A DNA stretch of 64,000 nt from Cycas panzhihuaensis. Taxonomy: Eukaryota; Plantae; Cycadophyta. The stretch covers positions 227,237,741-227,301,740 of the forward strand of contig CM041465.1 of the NCBI GenBank assembly GCA_023213395.1, written 5' to 3'. Made by a program: the position numbers and the translations under genes. Shown here piece by piece: positions 26,601 through 41,200 of the stretch (its first letter is position 1; each line of letters starts with the position of its first letter). The notes beneath the pieces were generated by a model. That model did not search any database. It was not told the DNA's origin and was given only the letters and a program-made list of their open reading frames with translations.

Positions 26601-29600
26601 TATGGCTGTGAGTAAGGACTCCCTCTAGTCCTTGAATTTACACCTGTGATCTTTACCAAAGATCTTAATATGAGATTTAAGTCCCTTCATAATCCCTATC
26701 CACCGAGTGCTAGGACTTTCTAAAGAATTTGTATTGGAATACAACTCTTCCCACCAATGGAGAAGTTTTTTTCTAAAGTCATCTAGATTGAGTAACTTTG
26801 TGTTTAATTTGAAAATGATCTTTTCCTGAATTGGGAAAAGATGAAAGTTGAATCTTGATAGGGATATGGTTAGATAAGACTATTGCATTAATTGAAATGT
26901 ATTGGTACTAGATGATTGAATTGATAAACAAATTAGATATATAGACTCTATTCAGTCTTTCTACTATGTGACTGCTCCCCTATCGGTTATTGGTCCAGGT
27001 AAAATTTAAAGGCCCCTTTTAAGGAAGTTTGAAAAGGTATATCTTGAAGGAATGATGGATCTAGGAGATAAATCACTCATATGCGCATAATGGCAATGGA
27101 GAATGAAAAAGAAGATGAAACAAGATATGAGAGTAAACTTGGAGGTGAGAATGAATAATGACTCCCTCTTTGAAATTTTGCCTTTTATTATTAAGGGTGA
27201 GCATTAGGGTTAGAATTTTCCCGCCTAATGACATGGACCCGAAATTACATTTAAATGCACATAAAGTACATTTCATTAAGAGACTAGTGTTAACAATATA
27301 TCCTAAGGTCACATAATTAATCTACACAAATGACCTTGATACATTAACCTCTTTCAATCCTCCCCTTAATGGTGGAAGGTCATTTTGAGCAAATCTATTC
27401 TATGAGGTCTTCATTTGAGCCTCATTATTACATTGAAATTCTAAATGACACTTTTGTAAGAAAACCCTCATGGGGAATAAAAACCCACAAACTTTCTAAG
27501 ATCTATAGCCCCTTTTATAAATCAAAATAGCTAAGGTGGCTCTTTGATGTAGCCTAATAGCCAAGCAGCTTAAATGTGAGCTTAATCTACTGAGTCTCTA
27601 TATACCGTTTGGTCATCCCCTATGCCTTGTTCAGGTTTTCACAAATTCTGATTTTTCAAAACTAGTACAACCCTTATCCTTTTGTGCCCACATAGGGTTT
27701 TTACAAAGAGGATAAAGCAGAGACTTACTCTTATTCTTCTGCGCCCACAAGGGGTTTTCACAAAGAGAATAGAGTATGATGATCACGTTGCCATCTTCTT
27801 TGATTAGTCAAAGATAAAGGCCCTAAGGTCGAGTTGCATTTGGAACTATTCAAACTTCACCTTTTGCAGCGGTTTGGTGAAGATATCAGCCACTTGATCT
27901 ATTGTGGGGTAGTATTCCAGTTGAATTGTACCATCATGAATGAGTTCTCTAATCATATGGACTTTCATACTTATGTGTTTAGTATAATCGTTAAATACAA
28001 GATTTTTTGCCATAGAGATTGCTGATTGATTATCCATATGAAGACTTGTAGGACTTACTTGGGTGATATTCAATGTTTCCAATAATTTTCTTAGCCATAT
28101 CACCTCTTTACTAGTCTCAGAAGCAATAATGTATTCAACTTCGGCAGTGGAATTTACAACTATCTTCTACCATCTAGATCTCCATGATATTGGTGCTATT
28201 CCAAGAAATGTTACATTCCTAGATGTAGATCTTCCTGTATCTTTATCTCCTTCAAAGTTTGAGTCTGTATATGCAGAAAGCTTGAAGTATGAATTAGGTT
28301 CATCTAACAGACCATACTTGTTGGTCATCTTAAGGTATCTCAACACTCACACTACTGCCTTCTAATGATTATGCTTAGGATTTGTCATGTAACGAGCAAG
28401 AATGCTGACAGAGTATGCAATATCTGGCCTTGTATTGGTAGTGTAAATAAGACTACCTATAAGTTTCCTATAGAGTGTTACATCTACCTCCCTAGTGTCA
28501 CCTTCAGCTGAGAGTTTGGTATTAAGGTCCATAGGTAACATCACAAGTTGAGCATCTTCTAACTAAAACTTGGTTAGAAGATCGTTGATGTATTTTTCTT
28601 GGGAGAGGAAAAATTTTCCATTATTTTGTGTTACTTCAATTTCTAAGTAATATTTTATCAAACTAAGGTTAGATAATTCAAACGTTTTACCAAGGTCCTT
28701 TTTTAGCTGGCTTATTGCTTGTTCAATATTACCCGTTACTACCATGTCATCCACAAAGATTATGAAATAAGTGACTTTATCCTTATGGCGCTTGATGAAC
28801 AACATTTCATTAATATCTTCATAGTCACAAACCTTGTATCGAAGTTACCTCATTCTTTCAGACAACTTGGTAAACCAAGCACAAGGGGCTTGTTTAAGGC
28901 CAAACAAGGACTTTCTGAGCCTACAAACCTTATGCTCTTGACCTTCAATCTCATATCCTTCTAGCTGTGCCATGTAAATTTCTTCTTCAAGATCTCCATT
29001 GAGAAATGCGGTCTTAATATCGAGTTGGTGGAATTTCCAACCCTATTGAGTAGCCAAGGCCACAAGAGTTCTAATTGTAGGCCACTTGGTTTTAGGTGCG
29101 AAGACTTCTATGTAATCGATGCCTTCTCTTCGTGTAAATCATTTAGCTACCAATTTCACCTTGTATTTTTCAAGGGTGTCATCTGATCTATATTTGTTTT
29201 TGAACACCCATTTATTTTGAACTACCTTTATGCTAAGTGGTAGATCAACAAACTCCCATGTACCATTCTTGATAAGAGATTGGTACTCTTCATTTATGGC
29301 ATTTCTCCAAGTTGTATGCTTTACAACTTCTTAGTATGTTAAGGGCTCTTCATTAAGAGTACGGTGCAGTTCTACTGGTTCAAACTCAGTATATAATGAT
29401 TCCTGCATCCTTACTCTATGGGCACTTTGAGTACCAGTTTTACCCACCTCATTTGGTCGTATGTCCTTATTGAGTTGGCAAGCTTCTTGAGATCCTCGAG
29501 TTGGGAATGATGTCCTCATTTCCCCAACTTCTTGGTTCTCATCATGTTCATTAAAATGATTATTTTGTGAGGAGGATGTTGATGCACCTAAGGAAGATGG

Positions 29601-32600
29601 TCCTTCTACCATTATTTTGCTTTTGTTAACTGAAAGTGGAGAGGATGATTCTTCTATAATGGCTTTGCCTTTGTCAACTCTGCTATCTTCAAAAGATGGT
29701 GTTGAATGTGCACTCATTGGTTTAGAGTCAGAACTTATATCTTCCAAGGCTCTATTGTGAGCTTCTAACATTTAGAGTAATTTATGTATGTCCCCCCTAC
29801 TCCCGCCTCCCCCAAAATTTTAGAATCTAAACATCATACTTGATAACATTATTGTAGCAGTGCGAGGGTACTTTGGAGTCTAGTTTAAGTAACTGATCCC
29901 TTGTCTCTGCAAAAATGACATCTCTGGTAATGATGATTTTTCATTGTGAAGGTATGAAGACCTTATACCCTTTCTTATCCATAGGGTATCCAACAAATAT
30001 GCCTTTAAGTTCCCTTGGTTAGAGTTTATTTCAATCTGCATAAAAAATATGGGCATAGCATGTAGACCTAAAAATTTTAAAGTAATGAACAATAGGGGCT
30101 TGTCCTATCCACTTTTCATTAGGTGATTATACTTCCTTTAATGGGCTAACAACATTGATATAATAAACAACTATCCAGATTACTTTAGCCCATAGATAGG
30201 CAGGTACATTTTTGTTTATTAACATAGAACGAGCCATGTTCATGATTATCCTGTTCATGCACTCGACAACTCCATTTTGTTGTGGGGTACCTGCTACTAT
30301 TGTTTGATGCTTGATACTATTGTCTCAAAGGTAGTTTTCAAACTCATGTGAGGTATATTCGCCACTATTATCAGTTCAAAGATATTTGAGTTGATAACCT
30401 AACTCTTTTTCAGTAAGGGCTTTGAATTCCTTAAATATACAGAATGCTTCATCTTTCTTGTGTAGAAAAGCTACCCATACTTTTCTAGTGAAATCATCAA
30501 TAAAAGAGATGTAATATAGCTTGCCCTTTAGTAAAGGAATGGGCATTGGCCCACACAAATCAGTGTATTAATTGTAATGGATGGCATGATTTCCACTGAC
30601 TTTTAGGAAAGGGTTGTTAATAAGATTTGGCAATGATACAAGCTTCACATTTAAAAGGCTTAGAGGAGAACTTTGGAAGATTTAGAAGAGTGTTAGAAAG
30701 ATCTCTATGTCTATCAATATGAACATGGCCTATGCGAGTATGCCAAAGAGCTTCTGATGACAACGTTGAATGGGTCAAGATGGAATTAAATGTAAATTCT
30801 TCATCGACACAAGGGCTTTAGACACAATGGGCTTTAGAAGATAGAGAGCCATTCAGTCGAAAGAGTTTGCCAGAGAGATGTCCAGTCAAAACCACCTGAT
30901 TAGTTAGAGGGTGAATGACATGGAGAGTCTGGTCATTTGCAGTTACATTTAGATCAAATCCGCAAGAAACAAATTTGGATAAGGAGAGTAGGTTTTGTTT
31001 GAGATTGGGTATGTATAAGATATTAAGTAATGTAAAATCTTCTAATCCTGAGAGTTTCAGGAGAATGTTGTCAATTTCTTCAACAGGTTGTTGTAATTTA
31101 TCATCCATGTGAACGACTCCTTGAATATTTAAGTCAAATGTTTGATATAGAATGTGATTATATGTCATATGTTTAGTTGCTCCTATGTCCATGATCCACT
31201 GTCCATCGATTAAAGCCACACTATTGGCAATTCCAATAGGGCTTGGCATTGGTGAAGGGAATTCACAAGTGATATATCCACACCGAGCTTCAAAGTATCT
31301 ATTTGGTTAATCAATGGTATTCGATGTTGAAGATCCCTCAATTCTTTGAATATATGCTTGTATAAAACCTATACCACTAAAGGATTCTTCACAAGTTTCT
31401 TCAATATTATGAGCTCCATGTTTTGGTTGGAACTTGGCCAACTTATAAGTGGCAGTTCTGCAGTCTTTTGCTAAGTGTCATTTATGGTTACACCGATCAC
31501 ATATAATAGTTTGACTACTAGCCCCTAAAGAGGTACTAGTTTGGCCTGATTGTCTTGCTCTTTGTTGAGGTGGCCCTTGGTCTTAAGACTGTCAAGGTTG
31601 TGATTAAGGGTTTGATTGACCTTGTAGATGATTTTCCATATTTCTTCCTCTTCCTCTTGCTTAGTTGTTTCCTCTGCCATGAGAGGGAGCTTGATTATTT
31701 GTGTAGCAAACTTCTTCTTCTACCTCAAAGGCTATATCTGGAAGAGAGTCATAGGCTACAAAGTTTGTATCAAAGGTCTTGTCAAATTCTATGAACTTCT
31801 CAACAAGTGCTTCGAAGTTGAGTGCCTTCAATGTTCCACTAGATTGAAGACTTCCAAGCAAGTTTTTATAATCGGGGACATGTAAACATGACTAGATCAA
31901 AAATACCCAAGTGATGTATTAGGTCTTAAAGTTTTTGTCAATTGCCTGTTTGATTGGTCGAAGGAGATTTATTGTCTCATGAGCTCATCCTTCTGCATTT
32001 TTAATTTGTTTATTTTTAAAATAAGATGAACAAATTCTAAATCTAAATTTGTATCAAAGTTCTTTTTAAAAACTTCTAGGACCTTCCAAGATGTATCATG
32101 TTGCTCTTTATTTATCAAGTTGTGCAATGAGTGATCAATGACCAACAAAATTCCTGGACGAATCCTTTCATCATCTATCTCCCATTGTAGTTTAGTTACA
32201 ACATCTGTAGGAACTGTTGGGATGGATCCACTAGAAGAAGCTGTTGCTAGTATGCTAGGTGTAGGCTGCAAGTGGGCTCTCCAAAGGCCTTCATACTTTG
32301 CAGCATTTTTAATTCTAGTGTACCATAGATCCTAATTTTCTTTTCCTTTCAATATGCAGTTAACATTCTGCTTGAATTAAGATGACATGGTGATGATGAA
32401 GAAGTAGAAGAGATGATAGAAGTATGTGCCATTAACATGTATGGCTAGTACACCTGGCACAGTAGGCATGTAGAAATGATTGTTATGATAAGAAGCAAGC
32501 AATGATTAAGTATTTTTCAATAATTATAAATATAAGAAATGATGCAAGAATGAGGCCTAATGTAGATCTGACAAAGAGTGGTGATGTGTCATGCCACTAA

Positions 32601-34900
32601 CCTCTCACTTATGTCCAAATGTAGGTGAGGTTTCGATGCCTAAGGCTTCTAGTATACAATTAGGGCCTTCACCCGCGATACCCACACTTGCGCGTGGTGA
32701 TGAAATCCAAGTCACAGTGGATCCCAAGTACTCTTAGTCCTCACCCAGTTCACCAATGAGTAGTTATATACCTCTTCCAAAGAGTCAAATGGTACTACGT
32801 ATCCCACAACTATGATGGATATTGGATTAGGTTAATTTTAATCTTGCATTAAGTTTTTTAGTTTTCTCAGGTGGTTATCAGGATTATCCTTAAATGAAGG
32901 CCGTAGGTATGGCTAACTTGTCCCTCCACCACTATTCCGGTTAAGATCAGACCTAATATAAAACTCACACCTCCCTTAGGACCTGGACTTCAACCAACCT
33001 TAGTCTATTTCAACCAAGGTGAGTGTGCGGATAAGTCAAGAATTGACAATATAGATTATACAGATGAGATTCTATTTAGGAATAGTGTAAGATATTTTCA
33101 TATAACTGAAAATTAAAATGAAAATTGACCAAATGAGCTTGCTTACTTTTCATACTTGCCTTATTATTGTTGTTGCTTTTTTGATGCTTTATGCTATGTG
33201 TGCAAATAGAAAAAACATGTTAGATTTAATAGGGGAACCAGATGTTGCTTCCGATCCAAGGTTTCCCTTGCTTTAGTATAATGTTTCCAATATATGATTT
33301 TGGAAGTTTTGATATAAAAGCCATAATGGACTAAAAATTAAATCAACTTGCCACTAAAATGCTGATTTTTCTAAATTTATATGCATGCTATTTTGCCCTA
33401 TTTTGTGATTTTTTCACAAAATTTATAAATAATAATAAATGGGCATAGTTTTTAAAAAATTATAAATATGAAGGCCTAAATGATGAAATATAAATTTATG
33501 ACAAAAGGAAAAAGTGCTCAGAATATTGTTTATGATAGAGTTATGAAGTTAGATTTTTGAAAAGGCACAAAAAATTTTCTACCCAAAAAAGCACAAAAGC
33601 AAAATCCTGCCAGATCAACTATCTCAGAATCTGAACTTTAATATGTCAAAAGTTATGTTTTGACATGTACATTAACTTTCCATTCTGTAGCATTGGTAAA
33701 ATCTGCCAAAAAATTACCCAAAATACCGTTGCAATATCATTTGTTGGGTTGAGTAGGTAAAATCAGTAACCATGAGAAAACTGTATAGATTTCACTAACT
33801 AGTGGATAAAATTTGATGAGATTTATCTTAAATTTATCCTAAGACATAAATCTACCAGATCCCTTAATAAAACTTTCAGATTTTTAGCTTATAATTAAAG
33901 GATTTCATTAGGAAAGGTGCTTTAAATCACTTATCCATAAATTTTACCCTTTTGTCATAGCCAAAACTCACTGTTGTAGATTGAATCTGAAGTTTCTCTA
34001 GAAGAAAAAAATGATCCTCTAGTCAAGGCTACATTTTATGCCAAATTTTAACAAAATCTGAGATGGTCAAAATTTTCATAAAAATTTAGGCCTTTAATGC
34101 ATCCGGGATTGTTCTGGCAGCTGAATGGCTTCAAAAACATGTATTCTTCACCTCTGAATTTCTGCACATATATAGAAAGTAGCAATATATAAAGTACTAT
34201 AATTTTGAGCTCTCAAAATGTTAAAAAAATGATGAATGCACTCTCAATACTTCATATTAAAGGTGAAGGAGAGGCAAAGTGATTCCATGCAAGTGGAATG
34301 GAGTGAATAGATCCCCTTCTAGCTCTGATACCACATGAAGGAAGGATGGATCTAGGAGATAAATCACTCACATGCATACAATGGCAATGGATAATGAAAA
34401 AGAAGATGAAACAAGATATAAGAGAAAGCTTAGAGGTGAGAATAAATAATGACTCCCTCATTGAGATTTCGCCTTTTATTATTAAGGGTGAGCATTAGGG
34501 TTAGAATTTTTCTACCTAATGACATGAACCCAAAATTACATCTAAATGCACATAAAGTGCATTTCATTAAGAGACTAATGCTAACAATATATCCTAGGGT
34601 CACATAATTAATGTACACAAATAACCTTGATACATTAACCTCTTTCATATCTAACTAGATTGATGACCTACAATTAAATGGCTCATTTTTATTAGACCAT
34701 AATGAAGGATGAACAACTCTATAAGATAAGGGGACAAATAAACGATAAATTCAATTTAATGGCTTAGTTTCCAAACCTAGATAAGGGTGATGTCAACTTA
34801 ATAAAGAGAGTATCTAAAACTTGGCTACTAGCAACCATGTTTCCTTGATGGATTTTTGTGACTTAATCTAAGGATGGAGCCTAAGAAGGGATTTTAACAC
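23652..34900 (-). mobile_element. Degenerate L1-type LINE ORF2, interrupted by Copia B (27045-34647); 5' end uncertain
   Basis: Endonuclease FTWTNNR..ERLNR (about 26945-27005) and SNHIPI (about 26860-26875). RT KSPTPDG, WRPISLCNSSYKVITKVLANRLK, GICQGCPLLPYLF and FVDD. T9 at 23652-23660 is a candidate poly(A) remnant. Continuation beyond 34652 is weakly supported (IKETWL near 34835-34850). Confidence 0.85.
27045..34647 (-). mobile_element. Full-length but inactivated Ty1/Copia LTR retrotransposon (Copia B), 7603 bp
   Basis: 312-bp TG..CA LTRs at 27045-27356 and 34336-34647 (about 26 substitutions by hand, mostly transitions). Perfect TSD tatct. PBS gctctgatacca 34322-34333. PPT cctcccctt after 27356. 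Gag, CCHC knuckle CDRCNHK*HLAKDC, protease WIMDIGATKHMT, integrase FIDDFTRK, RT FVDDM, RNase H ADIFTKPL. Confidence 0.97.
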
Positions 34901-36656
34901 AAGTTTTACATCTCCTCTAATTGGTGATGAATAATAAATTTATAAATATAAAAATACTTGATTCAATTTTGAGGTTGCAAGGCTATAGTGGCTTGCAAAA
35001 GAGATTCAATCCTAAGATTAATTTATGAAAGTGGCCAAGATTTATGACTTAAATAATGAATGATATTATGAATAACACAAGGGAGACCTACCTGACTTAA
35101 CAACCCTAAAATTAATAGTTCATTTGAGGAACTTAAGAAAAGAGTTGAGTCTTTTATTTTAGAAATAATAAAACCTAGAAAATAGGATGCTCCCAAGAAT
35201 TAAAAAATTAATTTATATGTATACTGTAAAAGGGAAGATCTCTTTAAGGGGTTGACAAGTGGTGTCCATTTTGATTTCATGATGATAAGTTGCATGGAGC
35301 CTAGTTGAGGAAGTGATGGCATTGGAAGGATCTAGATCCTACATCATGCCTTTTAAAATTTAGAATTGAAGGCATCATATAAGATTGAGTTGCATTAACT
35401 CAAGTGTGATATGATGCACTCATCTTGTGGCATACATTAATAGAGGTTTTGAATATATAAAAAATTATAAGTATGATGAAGCATATACTAGACCTATGAA
35501 ACTTTATGCACCCAAAATTATAGGTTGAAATAAGTTTGGGAGATGAGTGGAAATTATAATAATTCTTTACTAATTATACCTGACAAATGCTTTTACACAT
35601 AATAATGGGATGTGATAAAGAGCTCTTCTAGGTTAGCTCAGATGGTGCTTATTTGACCTTACAATGATGTGCTTCATGGACCTTAAGGAGGGGGTCAAGG
35701 TATAGGATGAAACCTTGGATGCATACCATTTTTTAAACATTGATGGAGGAAATGGGAATAATATATAACATTTAACCTAAGATTGTTTATGAATGAAAGG
35801 AATTTATATTTTGGTGGAGATAAATGAGTAGTGCTAAAAAATAAGAGTGGGTGTAATAGGGACGATAAGCTAATTAATATGTTCTTAGCTCAAATGCTTA
35901 TGTAGGTTCATTTTATTCAAATGTTATAAATAATGGAATGTTATTTATCTTGGACTATTAAAAATTTGGTCACTAGAATATGAAGAAGCTCCATAAGATG
36001 ATGGAACTTATATAGATAGTATAGAACAAAATTAGTTATGTAATATTACTTATGTTTATTTTCATTTTTGAGATTTATTGTAAAAGAGGTAAAAAAAATA
36101 AAGATGAAAATATAATTAAAATAATAGCCCTTGTCATTCTTTTATCATTTTCATTTGGCACAATTTGGGCCTTAGGTCTTTTTCATCGATTTTACATACA
36201 AATGATAAAGTATCCATGTTTTATTGTAATGTTAATTTCCAATAGTTATATTTAAATACCTTAACTTACTTTTTAAATATTTATGCTTTTGTTTTAATTT
36301 ATTTTACACTATTTTTTATGGTTTTGATCTAATTTCTCCCTAACCATTAGGAGATTCCCAAATTTATTTCACATGAAATGTCATGACTCTATACTGGGCA
36401 TTTTTTATTTCATTAAACCATAAGTTTAAGTGTTTTATGGGAATTTGTGTAGAAAACCCCTAAATTAAAAAAAAAAATAGTTTTATTAAAATCTAACAAT
36501 GGAATTGAGAAATTTTTATTCCATTGCATTTAATTCTTAATTTTAGAAATTTCTTAACAATTTTGTTTTGGTGTTTTCTCCCTTTTCTTCTCTAATTTAG
36601 GGTCTCTAAAAAATATGCAAATACAAGGCCAAAAAATATGGCCATTTGCACATGTA

Positions 36657-36663
<7 letters not shown>

Positions 36664-36700
<37 letters not shown>

Positions 36701-36761
36701 ATATGTCTACCTATCTAATTGTGTGTGTATACACACACACACATACACACACACACACACA
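36664..36761. repeat. (TA)n and (CA)n microsatellites
   Basis: TA run from 36664 to about 36698; CA run about 36731-36761. Confidence 0.92.
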
Positions 36762-36845
36762 TGTAATTATATATAAAATACATAAATTTGTGTAAATAGA
36801 TGTAATTATGCATAGGAAAAGCTTATCTATGAAAATGCATATAAA

Positions 36846-37201
36846 TGTTAGACTAGCCACCGCATCTTGGGGATTGTTTACATGGACTAACTGCCACTCC
36901 GGGCCCTGGGACTAACTGCCCTATGGGGTGTTTAGATATAAGATTTGTATCAAACACTAACACTTAGAGGTTTTGGTGTAATGGCAATCTTAACATGGTC
37001 TCAGAGCCTCACCCCAGGATCAATTCCCCCCGAGTAACGTCAGAGAGGGGGTGTTGGACTAATCGTCACATCTCGAGGATTGTTTACGTGGACTAACCAC
37101 CACCCTAGGCCCTGGGACTAACTGCCCTATGGGGTGTTTAAATATGAGATTTGTATCAAACACTAACACCTCGAGGTTGTGGTGTAATGACAATCTTAAC
37201 A
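36846..37201 (+). mobile_element. TRIM (terminal-repeat retrotransposon in miniature), 356 bp
   Basis: 150-bp TG..CA direct repeats at 36846-36995 and 37052-37201. 56-bp interior with PBS tggtctcagagc (11/12 to the tRNA-Met PBS, 36996-37007) and PPT agagaggggg (37042-37051). TSD ataaa/atata. Confidence 0.95.
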
Positions 37202-38269
37202 ATATATACACTTATATGCATTTTTAGTTAAAAATGGACCATGTAAAATCTTTCCTTTATTCTTTTTTAATTTTTTTTCTTTTCTCAATGCGTTGTTTAT
37301 ATTTTTACATATTTATGCTTCAAATGTAACTCTTTTATATTGGCCTTAGTGGGTGAACATTACTAAAGTGGAGTTGTATAACCTAAACAACTATGATGCT
37401 TGATGTTTGGGTAACTAAAGTGGAGATGAGAACACCGTACTATAGTAATGTGGTATATCCTTATATTTATAAGCTCTTTATCTATAATCCAACTAGATAT
37501 CACTTGGTCTCTTATTCATAAAGTGGGATTGAGATGCATATCAATTTAGCTTTGGCCAATACTTATACCCCATTATTAAGGATGTTTATCATATTATTGG
37601 TCTCTTATGTATGAGGAGAGTTGTCACGCATTAGAGTTTATTTTATAGCATGCTAAATATTCCAAGGAGGGACCATGCTCAAGGGTTGCTCTATTAAGAG
37701 GATTATATAATGAAAACAAATGTAGGGATAATTTTCTTTGTTTGTCTCCCACACCTAATCCTGTTTTAGGCGTGGTGCCTTGGGAGTATCTCCTCCTAAG
37801 GTCATCTTGCATTTCTATTAGCAAAGCCTCCTTTGGGTTTGCCTTTTAGCTCAAAGTTAGTCCATCAACCCATCTACTCACGCTTCTAGCCACTCTAGGC
37901 TTGCATGCAAGTCTTTTCTTTTTTTTATTAGGGCTTGTTCCACTCATTCTCCTCTTCACAAGAAGAGGTGTGTCATCATCTTTTACCTCCCTTCCTTAGC
38001 CATCTAGGATTGGAGGGCCCTTCTAAAGGTCACTCAGCCAATTGAGGAGATCCCTCTTTTGCCCCCAGCTCTGAATCTAGGAGGTGTTACCTAAAAGGGA
38101 GTTTGTACACCATTTATAGGTCCTTGAACCTGCGTTCTGATGTACAGATGCCCTTTGCAAGTGATCTCTCTTCCTTTCTCTTGTAGATCCTTGGCCATGA
38201 AGTTATCAGTCATGTTGGTTCAATCTCTTCCAAATCTAGTGACCCCCCAGAGGTGCGATTTTACAAGGT

Positions 38270-41200
38270 TAATATTTGAAAAGAGGAAGAGCATCCTTTA
38301 TTGATAGATCAAATCCTAGAAGCAAGAGTTTGAGCCAAAGAGAAAGAAATACAATTCATTGCATCTTTTTCCATAAAATTGACTATACTAAGGATAGGTA
38401 TTTTGCCAAGAATGGCCCTCCTACAAGGGGTGGTACAAATATAGTTGTTGAAATAAGAGAAAATGATCAACTATACCTATCTAGTTTTGTAGCACATAAG
38501 AAGGAAGAGGATTGTTAGTATATTGACTTAGGTTTTTCTAATTACATGACTAACAAAGAGAAAATACTTCAAACAATTGACAAGACTAGAAAGGGGTCAA
38601 TCATGTTTGGAGATGACACCTCAACTAGAAGGGGTAAAGTTATTATCATAATAGATACAAATAAAGATAGATATCTTGATGATGTTTTACATATTCCAAT
38701 ATTAAAGAAAAGTCTTTTATAAGTAGGGCACATGATGGAGTAGGATTACAAGCTTATATTTGACAATGGTGAATGTACAATTAAGGACAAGAGATAGAAC
38801 AAAGCAGTGGTTGCAAAAGGATAAATGATAAAGGATAGACTTTTTAATCTAGTTTTAACTCCTTCAGATAACTATGGTTTAAAGACTACAATCAAATTAG
38901 ATAGTGATATGTGGCACAAAATATTTGGCCACTTAAATTATAGAAGCCTAGCTCTTATGAAGAAAATGAATATGGTTGAAGGGCTACCTCAAATTAAGAC
39001 TGACAAGGATATTTGTGAAGGTTGTCTACTAGAAAAACAACATAGGGGAAGTTTTCTTGATGGAATTTATAGAGAAAAGGGACATTTTCATTTGATATAT
39101 ATAGATCTTTGTGGTCCTATGGATGTCCTATTATTAACTAGTGTAAAATATTTCCTTGCATTCATTGATGATTACACAAGGAAAACATGGGTTTATTTCT
39201 TAAAATTTAAATCAGATACATTCAAATATTTTGTAGACTTCAAAACCTTTGTGGAAAAATAAAGTGAACATAAGATACTCTCCTTAAGATTAGATAATGT
39301 AGGAGAGTTCATTTCAAATGAATTTAATATCTATTGTACATATCATGGTATTAAGAGACAACACACTAACCCCTACACTCCATAATAAAATAGGATTGTT
39401 GAATGGAAAAATTGCACCATATTTAAGATGGCTAGGTGCATATTAAAAGACAAGAAATTAGGTCATGAGTTTTAGGTAGAAGCTATCCACACTACAGTCT
39501 ACCTTCAAAATATGTATACCACCAAGGTCCTTACGTGGATGACACCTAAAAAAGCATAGACTACTTACAAACCTAGTATCCATCACTTAAGAATCTTTAG
39601 ATATCTAGCTTATATCCATGTTCTTAAATAAAAGAGGACCAAGCTTAATGATAAAAGCATTAAGTATATATTTATTAGGTATACTGATGCTTCTAAATCA
39701 TATAAGGTATATGAATGTAAAGAAAGTAAGGTTATGGTTAGCAAGGATGTTGTGTTCAAAGAAGATGATTGTTATCACTCAGATTATATTCAAGATAAAG
39801 ACAAATGTATTATGATAAATTTTGACTCATCTCCTAGGTCCATATATGTGCCACTTATACAAGATCCAAGGTAGAACATTGATGTATCAAGACCAAGTGG
39901 TGAGGGAGCCTCTTCTCAACCATAAAGATTTCCTAAATAAATAGGTGAAAAGAAGTCATAACTTAGATAATATTTTAGACAATAACTATGATAGGAGATC
40001 TACTCATTTATATTGGGTCAACTTCGCCCTTATGAGGCAAGTTATGGAAATGCATGAGCCTCACACTTTTGAAAAGGTTGATTCTCATGATGAATGTAGG
40101 AAAGCCATGGAAGAAGAATAAAATTCTATAGTAAAAAATGACATACGGGAACTTGTTGATCTTCCTCCCAATAAAATAACCATTGGAACTAAATAGGTCT
40201 ACAAGACCAAATTTAGATCTGATGGTTCTATTGATAAACACAAATCTAGACTCATTGCCAAGGGATATGCCCAAAGGGAAGGCATAGATTATAGTGAAAC
40301 CTTTGCTCCTATTACACGGATGGAAATAGTTCATATGATGTTAAGTATAACTACCTAAAATAGTTGGGATGTTCATCAGATGGATGTTAAAAGTGCATAC
40401 CTTAATGGCTACACTGAAGAGGATATCTATGTCCAACAACCAAAAGGTTTTAAAGTCAAGGGAGAAGAAAATAAAGTGTATAACCTCAAAAGGCACTTTA
40501 TGGCTTAAAATAAGCACCTATAACATGGTACTCTAGGATTGACTTATAGTTTAAAGACTAAGGATTTAAAAGAACTTAATCGGATTCAAATTTATACATT
40601 AAAATTAAAGGAGATTCTATATTAATCATAAGACTTTATGTTGATGACCTTATCTATATTAGAAATGATTCCAACCTCTTACAAAAATTCAAAGATGATA
40701 TGTATAAAGAGTTTGAGATGACTGACTTGGGATTGATGCACTGCTTCATAGGATTAGAAGTCTGGTAAGACAATGACGGTGTCTTCATTTCTCAAAGAAA
40801 GTATACCTTGGACTTACTTTAAAGGTTCAAGATGAGTGATTACAAGTCTTTATCTATACTTGTTGAAGTTGGCATTAAACTACCCAAACTTGATGACTCT
40901 ATACAAATGGATCCCACACTTTATAGACAATTGATTGGTAGTTTGATATATTTAATATCTACACAACCTAATATTATACATGCAATTAGTGTTGTATCAA
41001 GATTCATGCAAGATCCTCAAACTTCTCATTGGCAAGTAGCTAAGCATATTTTATAATATTTAAAGGGTACAACATATTATGGGATATACTATAAATATAT
41101 ACCAAATTTTAGATTAATTGGGTATACAAACTTTAACTGGGTAGGTTATAGTGATGATAGAAAATCTACTTCAAGGTATATATTTAGCTTAGGTTCAATA

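Noticed and set aside
37620-38260. Possible LINE ORF1/ORF2 junction on minus (MVPPWNI)
   Set aside because: A single weak motif that cannot be linked to the LINE at 23652-34900.
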